Part shown: positions 56,822 to 64,000 of the stretch, piece by piece | Layout: the number at the start of each line of letters is the position of its first letter | Numbering within the stretch: position 1 is the stretch's first letter | DNA from: Ascoidea asiatica JCM 7603 | Taxonomy: Eukaryota; Fungi; Ascomycota | Direction of reading: 5' to 3' | DNA length: 64,000 bases | Assembly (NCBI GenBank): GCA_001600695.1 | Contig: BCKQ01000005.1 | Span: 1,107,820-1,171,819 of the forward strand | The notes under the pieces: generated by a model | What the model was told of the DNA's origin: nothing | Seen by the model: only the letters and a program-made list of their open reading frames with translations | The model's database searches: none | Made by a program: the position numbers and the translations under genes

Positions 56822-57185
56822 TATCAGATTGTATTACTCATAACTCTTGTTATCATTCACTAAAATTCATTCCTATCCTCTTTTTTAACAAAGTTAACAA
56901 AGCCAACTTTTTTCTCTTCTTTTTAATCTTTTATAAAATACATTTTCAATTTGAGATTATCCTAAAGGGGGTCATTCTATCAAAAAGTTATTATTATTAA
57001 CTTAGAGGAGGAATAAAAAAAGAAGAAAATAGAATAAGAAAAAGCAAAAAAAAGGTTTATCAGAATATTAGGGAATATCAACTTACGTATTCTATCTTTT
57101 TAATAAATTATTATCTAAAGTTTTATTTAACGCTCTCTGTCACAATAGCTTTTTATAATATAATTCTGGGCATATAAGATCTATA

Positions 57186-58087
57186 ATGGCTTCTACTGTA
57201 ACTCAAAATTCATTAACCGCTGAGGGTATTCTAAATGATATTCAAAATAAAACTACCATCACCACCATCACCACCACTACTACTGCTACTACTACTACTA
57301 ATAATAATAATAGTAATATTAGTAATTTAATTCAATCAAATTCATTTTCAATCTCAAATTCAAATTCAAACTCAAGTATAAATAATAATAATTTAAAACA
57401 AAGTTCAAATACATCTCCAATAACTTCAATAAAAAGTAAAAATCAACAAACTAAAGAAAATAATAAAAATTTAGTTATTGATAATTTACCAACAAATCCA
57501 ATCAAAAATTCAATTTCAAATCCAATTCCAAATTATTCAAATCTTAATAATAAAATTTCAATAAATAATATTAATAACATTATCAATAACACTAATAATA
57601 ATAATACTATTAATAAAACTAAAGAGAAAAATTATTCAAATATCAATAAATCTCAAAATAATAATTCTCCCATTGATAATACTAATATTGAAATATCTTC
57701 AATTCGTTTACCACATTCATCATTAAATAAAAAATCAATTCCAAGATCAACTTCACTTAATTTTAAAACTTTAACAAAAAAAAATTCTGGAAATCAATCA
57801 AGTAATTTAAATTCATATAATAATTTTAAAAAAAATTCAAGTTTATCAAAAAATAATTTAAATTCAAGATCTTTAAAAAATTCAAAAAATTCATATAATT
57901 CAATGAAATCAATTAAAAATTTCTTTACTAAAATATTTTTAAATTTATCTGAATTTAATAATAAATTAAAAACTTTAGCTGATCAAGTTTTATCTTCTGA
58001 TGAAATTATTGAAGAATTGTTTGAAAATTCTGATTCTGATTCATTACGTGATTCAAATTTATTTTTACCTTTTAAGGATATAGATAA

Positions 58088-58127
<40 letters not shown>

Positions 58128-58853
58128 TTTAATAATCAAAATGATTTGAATAATACAAATATTATGCTGGGAAGTAATACTGTATTATATAATAATGATA
58201 TAAATAAATCAAATTTTCAAAAATTTTTAGAATTAGATGTAACTCAATTAGCTAATCAACAAATTAAAAATAATCCTGAAACTCCATTTTCTGATGGTGA
58301 AAAATTATGGAATCTTCGTAGAGATCTTTGGTTAAAATCTGCTTCTCCTGATTATAATAATAATAAACATAAATTAGATTCTCATTCAACTAAAAATGAT
58401 TCTAATTTAAATCCTACAATAAGTTTAAATTCAAAAATATCTACAAAAATAAAAAATTCAATTAATAGTAGTAATAATAATGAACAAAAAATTATTAATT
58501 CAAATATTAATTCAAATTCAAATGTAAATAATAATGAACAAAATTTTATAAATAATGAATTATCTGAAACTGATATTAAATTAATTTTTAAAAAAAGATA
58601 TTTAGAAACAAGTTTAAATTCCTTAAATATACCAAAAGAAAAATATTCCGTAATTTATGAAAATTTATTTGTTCAAAATAAAGCTTTAAAAAGACCAATA
58701 AATTTAAAAGATATTATGCAAGTTATTAATGTTGGTTGGAGACTTCATAATGTTAATAATATAAATAATAATGTACCTTCAAGTAATAACAGATCTAATT
58801 TAACTGGTTTTACTAATACTTATAATAGATATTCATTTTCAAAAAATAATTAA
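57186..58853 (+). CDS. DUF4050 / Gag1-like (YLR407W-like) protein, Asn-rich
   Basis: GEKLWNLRRDLW and IYENL..QNK.LKRPINLKD...VIN.GW blocks typical of DUF4050; adjacent to BLS1 like YLR407W/YLR408C. Confidence 0.7.
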
Positions 58854-59414
58854 TAATCATTCAATTCATATTATCTTTTTTTTTGTTTTTATTACCACAT
58901 TATCATTATCATTATCATTTTCACTTCATTTTATTTGATTTTTTAAAATTTTTAATATTTTGTTTTTATATTGATTTTTGTTATTTACATTTCTTAATCA
59001 ATTATTCATTCAAAATTTTCATTAACTAAAAATCATTTAATATCCTAATCATTTTATTTATCATTTAGTTATCATTTTATTTTGTTAATTTGAAAGTTAT
59101 TTCTTTCTTGTCACATTCCCTTCGCTTTTAATGATTTTTTTCTTAATCAAATACTTTCTAGTTTCAATTTAATTTACTTTAATTTATTCTAATCTAATTT
59201 GATTTAATTAATGTTCATTTAATTTACTTTCTTCATTTAATTATATACTTAATCATCTATAGGTAAAAAAAAATTCATATAACCCCCATAAAAGCATTTT
59301 TCTTTTTTTTTCTCAAATTTTTTTTACTGTTTTTAAAAAAAAAAAACATAAATTTTGCAATAAAAAGATCTAAATTTTGAAAATTTGGTAATGAAATAAG
59401 CCAAATAAAAAATA

Positions 59415-60098
59415 TTACAATTGTTTATTTGATTCTATTAATCTTACTGTATTTTCCAAAATTCTTATTCTTTGATCTATAATTTCTGCATGTTTTTGTA
59501 ATTTATTTGCTTCATCTAATAAAATTTTTTCTTTTTTTAAATGATTTTCAAATTTTTTATTGGATTTCTTTAAATAATTAAAACTATCATTCATTACATT
59601 AAATTGTTTTTGAATAGTTTTATCATTATCATGAACTTGTTTGATTTTATATAATGATTGATTTTCATTAAAATTTTTATCATTATTATTAACTTCATTA
59701 AAGAAGTTTAAATTTAAACCAATGTTTAAATTATCTGGAATTAAAGATTTTAAAAAACTGGATTCTTTTATTGTACTTTTATTATTTACAAATTTTTTTA
59801 AATTCGAACTCAATTGTTTATGTAAAGTTTCATTTTCTATTAATTTCTTTGATTTCAATTGATTTGCTTTCTGAACCATTCTTTTCAAATCATTACTAGA
59901 TACGCCAGAGATATCTTTGGTTTTACCATTGTTACTATTATTCCTATTGTCATTATTATTTGATCGATTGTTACTGTTATTATTGTTGTCATTGTTATAA
60001 TTACTATCATAATCACTCATATAATCTCCTTCTTCGTCATTATAACTTCCATAGCTATTGAAGCTATCTACTATACTACTTGTCTGGGAATCACTCAT
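59415..60098 (-). CDS. BLS1: BLOC-1 subunit Bls1-like
   Basis: C-terminal LQKHAEIIDQRIRILENTVRLIESN resembles the Bls1 C-terminus as recalled ([25 protein letters not shown]); syntenic position. Confidence 0.7.
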   Translation of the reverse strand: MSDSQTSSIVDSFNSYGSYNDEEGDYMSDYDSNYNNDNNNNSNNRSNNNDNRNNSNNGKTKDISGVSSNDLKRMVQKANQLKSKKLIENETLHKQLSSNLKKFVNNKSTIKESSFLKSLIPDNLNIGLNLNFFNEVNNNDKNFNENQSLYKIKQVHDNDKTIQKQFNVMNDSFNYLKKSNKKFENHLKKEKILLDEANKLQKHAEIIDQRIRILENTVRLIESNKQL

Positions 60099-60427
60099 TG
60101 CTACACGTTTTCAATTCTTGAATATGGAATACAGTTCATTATCATTAATCTATTTACATTTAAAGGATTTTCTGAAGAAAAGCTTTATTAATCTATAAAA
60201 CACAAATTCATAAAGTTCTTTACCTTTCATTCTCCTATTTGGTTAAAATTAATTGTTTGTCTCCGAAGCTTCCTCTTTGTTATTTAACAAACTAAAATCG
60301 GGTAAAACTCTGGAATATATTTATAGAGCCCTGTTTTTAGGGCTACTGCTACTTTTATAATAAAAGTCAAATGGCAACTCAAAAAAAATATATTCAAAAA
60401 TACATTCAAAAATACATTTTTTTCTTT

Positions 60428-61714
60428 TCAAATATTTCTATTTTGATAATTCCAAAATGATTTCCAAACTAATTTGTAATGATTGAATTTAGAATCCAAC
60501 AACTGAGAATTATCTCTGTCATCAAGACTGATGAGATTGAAATCTTTTGATTCTAAATTCTTTAAAAAAATCTCAATTGGTATAGAGTTTAAAAATGGAA
60601 CAAATAAAGAATCTGATACATTTTTTTTCCATTTCAAACTTTGTTTTAATATCAATTCATCATCTTTATTTATTTGACCATTTAATTTTTTTGTTTTTAT
60701 TTCTTGGATTATTTTATTTGTTTCTTCTTTTAATTGTTTCAATTTATATCTTGCTGTAAGTAAATGATCATTAGCAACTGTAGACATTTCAAAAATTATA
60801 TCTTTTGTTTTATTTTCTAATTGAATATCTTTTTTATCTTTTATTGATTTTTTAGAATTACTATTATTTAAATAACGTAATAAAGATTCTTGAGATAAAT
60901 CAAATTTTGTCATTAAATCTATTGGTAATACAATAATATTTTTTTTTGAATAATATTTTAATCTCATTAAAAGAATTGCAATTCCATTACTTTGTCCTAT
61001 ATGAGCAGCAATATCAGTTATTAAATTTCTTAAAATTTCTGATTTTTCTAATAATTTTATTGAAGAAGGTGATATAATTTCACTTAATAATATAGATTGT
61101 TGAATATATAAAATTTGAGAATAAATTCCTTCACCAAATGAACAAATCTCATTAATATTTTGAAATTTATAATTCTTTCTTAATATTTCTTTTGTTGAAT
61201 TTAAATAAGTTTGAAAAAAGTCTAAATTTATATTTATTCCAGATTTGATTGATTCTTTAAGTAACATAAATATTGGTTGATTACTATTTCCAATCAATGG
61301 ACTTGTTTTCTTTGTATTTGTTCCATTTGTATTTGTAATTGATGATGTTTCTAATTTGTATAAATTATCTGTCCAAAATTTAAATTTCAAATCAATAAAA
61401 TCAACTCCATTATTATTACCAAAATAATCATTTGAACCTCTATTAAAATTATTAATTTTGGATATTTCCAATTGAAATGCCTTTAAGGCTAAAAAAGCAT
61501 CTCTGGTTGGTTCAGGGAAATATGCTGATAAGATATATGATGATCTATCAAACTTCTCAAGATCACCTTTAATATTTATTCTTGCATGTTCCAATTTTTC
61601 TTGATTGATTGAAACATTATTAAACAAAATCAATGAAGTACTGAATTGCTTTACCCTTCCAAAATTGACAGAATTTTGCTTCAATTTATTGAAAACAAGT
61701 ATCGTTTTTATCAT
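60428..61714 (-). CDS. Mitochondrial complex I assembly factor NDUFAF6 (squalene/phytoene-synthase-like fold)
   Basis: Presequence-like N-terminus; D..SY......P...RDAFLAL.AF..EI, FW, HIGQ..GIA.LL, LP.D.M, IFE....ANDHL.TAR. Confidence 0.85.
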   Translation of the reverse strand: MIKTILVFNKLKQNSVNFGRVKQFSTSLILFNNVSINQEKLEHARINIKGDLEKFDRSSYILSAYFPEPTRDAFLALKAFQLEISKINNFNRGSNDYFGNNNGVDFIDLKFKFWTDNLYKLETSSITNTNGTNTKKTSPLIGNSNQPIFMLLKESIKSGININLDFFQTYLNSTKEILRKNYKFQNINEICSFGEGIYSQILYIQQSILLSEIISPSSIKLLEKSEILRNLITDIAAHIGQSNGIAILLMRLKYYSKKNIIVLPIDLMTKFDLSQESLLRYLNNSNSKKSIKDKKDIQLENKTKDIIFEMSTVANDHLLTARYKLKQLKEETNKIIQEIKTKKLNGQINKDDELILKQSLKWKKNVSDSLFVPFLNSIPIEIFLKNLESKDFNLISLDDRDNSQLLDSKFNHYKLVWKSFWNYQNRNI

Positions 61715-61918
61715 TTTCTATTACTTTATCACTCCTATTGATTATCGATTTCAATCACTCACTTTAATCTTCCACTTTAATCTTTCATTTCAATTGCAGT
61801 TTCCACCAATCCCAAATCTTCAATTACAAATATCAAATACAAAATTCGATTTAAATTTGTTCTTTGCATACAAAAACAAAAATAGAAATAGGTGAGATAA
61901 AAATATATTATACTGAGT

Positions 61919-61927
61919 GTCACGTGG
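61919..61927. promoter_or_regulatory. Cbf1-type GTCACGTG upstream of the NDUFAF6-like gene
   Basis: About 200 bp upstream of the ATG at 61714. Confidence 0.45.
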
Positions 61928-62073
61928 CGTGCTAAAAATAATGTTACATAAAAAAATTGATTTTACACTAATAAATTAAAACAGTTTTGACATAACAAAA
62001 AAATGTTTTGTCAAAATCCAAAGAAGCACCAATAAAAGTACTAAATTGAACAAAGAAATAGAAATAAACAAAT

Positions 62074-62724
62074 TCATACTTTTACTCGTTTCAATACTTT
62101 ACCATCATCAACTCTTTCATTTCGAAATTCCTCATCAATTATTTTCTTTGAAGTTTTTTTATCATCTTTTTCTGATTCTTTAATCAGTTTTTTTGAGCTA
62201 TTAACATTATCTGTATTGATATTATTATTATTAGATGTATTAAAACTATTATTTTTATCAGAATTTATATTGGTGTTAGGGTGAGGATTGACTTTATCGT
62301 TTTTATTTTTATTATCTTCATTATCATTATCTTCATTATCATTATCGTTTTTTTCATCATTTGAGAGAGTGAAATTTAAATAAAATTGTTCAAATAATAA
62401 TTTCCTTTCATTCATAATCTTTCTTTTAATTGAATCTTCATTAATATCATTCCAAATATTAAATAAATTTTTATTAAAAATTATTTCATTTTTTTTCTTT
62501 ATTGAAGTTGGAATTGTTAAAAAATTTTCATATTTTATTGAATAAATTGCAATTGACATTCCATCATGATTTAACCAAGATCTTGAATTTAAATTATTTC
62601 TAAAACTTCCAGTATATTCTTTTAAAGTTGGTAAAATAATAATATCAACAGATAAATCTGATTGATTTTTTGTATTTTTATAAGTATAAAGATAATTATT
62701 TATTTCTTTACTTGTATAATGAGG

Positions 62725-62766
<42 letters not shown>

Positions 62767-63595
62767 TAATTCAAATTTTGAAAATGAATCAAAACTTGAA
62801 ATTTCTTTAATAATTTTTAAATTATTATTAATAATATTTAATTTATTTAATTTATCACCAGGAGTTAATTTTTTTTTAAAAGTTTTTCCAACAAGTTTTT
62901 TAAAATTTTTATATTCTTTTAAAAAAATTGAATTATTTAAAAGTAAATTATCATTAATATTTTGTGATAAAAATAAATCATTTGAATCTTCATCTATAAA
63001 ACCACAATGTTTTAAAATTGAAATAATATCACTATCATCAGTATAAATATCAGTACCCCATAAAGGTCTTTTTTTAAAAGATAAATTTGGATTATTTATA
63101 GAATTTAAATAATAATGTGGAATTTTTATTGTTAATAAACAATTTATAAAATTTTTTAAATTTGGTAATAATGGTAAATTATTTAAATTATTTAAATTTT
63201 TAAAATTATTATTAAAATTATTATTAAAATTAATTAAATTTAATTGATTATAAGTTTCTAAAGTTGGATTTAAAGTATATAAAATTGAACCAAGATGTTT
63301 TCTTGGGAATTTATTTGCAAAATTTAAAATATCATCATTTAAAAAAATTATTTCATTTTTAATATATGGTTCAATAATTATTTTTGATTTTAATTTTAAA
63401 TTTGAATTTAAATTTGAATTTAATTTAAGATTTTTATTAATTTGATTAATTTGATTATTTAAATTTGATAATGGAATTGGATTAGAATTATGTAAATTAA
63501 TTATATGAGAATGATGAGAAGTATTTTGTTGAATTATGATTCTATGATGATGATGATTATTTTTATTATCACAAGTATTTGAATTTATATGTAAG

Positions 63596-63635
<40 letters not shown>

Positions 63636-64000
63636 CATTATTTAATAAATTTGATAAATTATTTGATCTTTCTCTTTCTCTTTGATTAATTTGATTATTT
63701 AAAGGATTTGAATAATCTTTTGAATAATCTTTTGAATAATCTTTTGAATAAATAATTTGATTTGAATTTAAATTTGAATTTAATAAAGATCTATTTTGAA
63801 TATTTGAAATTGAAGGTAAATTAGATTGTAATTTAAAGTTATTATTATTATTATTATTATTATTGTTATTTGAAGAAGAAGAAGATAATGAAGAAGATGG
63901 TCTATTAGTATTAAGTAATTGAGATTGAGACTGTGATTGAGAATGAGATTGATTTGAAGATGAAGGATGAGAAGATTCAGGAGATAAAAGAGAAGAAATT
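62074..64000 (-). CDS. RXT3: Rpd3L histone deacetylase complex subunit Rxt3 (5' end beyond the window)
   Basis: Minus-strand frame reads RPLWGTDIYTDDSDIISILKHCGF (~63000-63070), RKHLGS.LY and SRSWLNHDGMSI. The track ORF 62074-62559 is only its C-terminal part; the frame appears open to the edge. Near VAM6, like YDL076C/YDL077C. Confidence 0.88.

Noticed and set aside
62074-62559. Stand-alone 161-aa gene
   Set aside because: It is the C-terminal part of RXT3, whose frame continues upstream to the window edge.

Overview
Eukaryotic, gene-dense, extremely AT-rich chromosome segment of a budding yeast (Saccharomycotina). Interleaved synteny suggests a pre-whole-genome-duplication species, and an NDUFAF6-like gene suggests it has respiratory complex I. 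The composition and poly-Asn proteome are reminiscent of Ascoidea-type yeasts (inference). I support 19 apparently intronless protein genes: ASH1, a SUR7/PUN1-like gene, a degenerate DEAD-box-like protein, a divergent PRS1, a CPH2/SREBP-like bHLH, GAPDH, UTP8, PIF1, an MFT1-like gene, MAK21, LCB2, NDC1, RAD4, VIP1, UTP21, VAM6, a GAG1/DUF4050-like gene, BLS1 and NDUFAF6. A 20th gene, RXT3, runs off the right edge and is only partly captured by the ORF track. I found no tRNA, rRNA, transposon or CRISPR. Most notable: (1) a ~915-aa, probably mitochondrial DEAD-box pseudo-helicase with motifs in order but catalytically broken; (2) a PRS1 with eroded substrate loops facing it across a shared promoter; (3) discrete GC-rich promoter islands carrying tandemly amplified motifs (a four-G-tract array, a recurrent GTGGCTGA, paired Pho4-type sites at VIP1); (4) pervasive short tandem duplications in coding and non-coding DNA; (5) rare CTG codons confined to unconserved regions. 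Homology calls rest on remembered motifs and sequences, not database searches.
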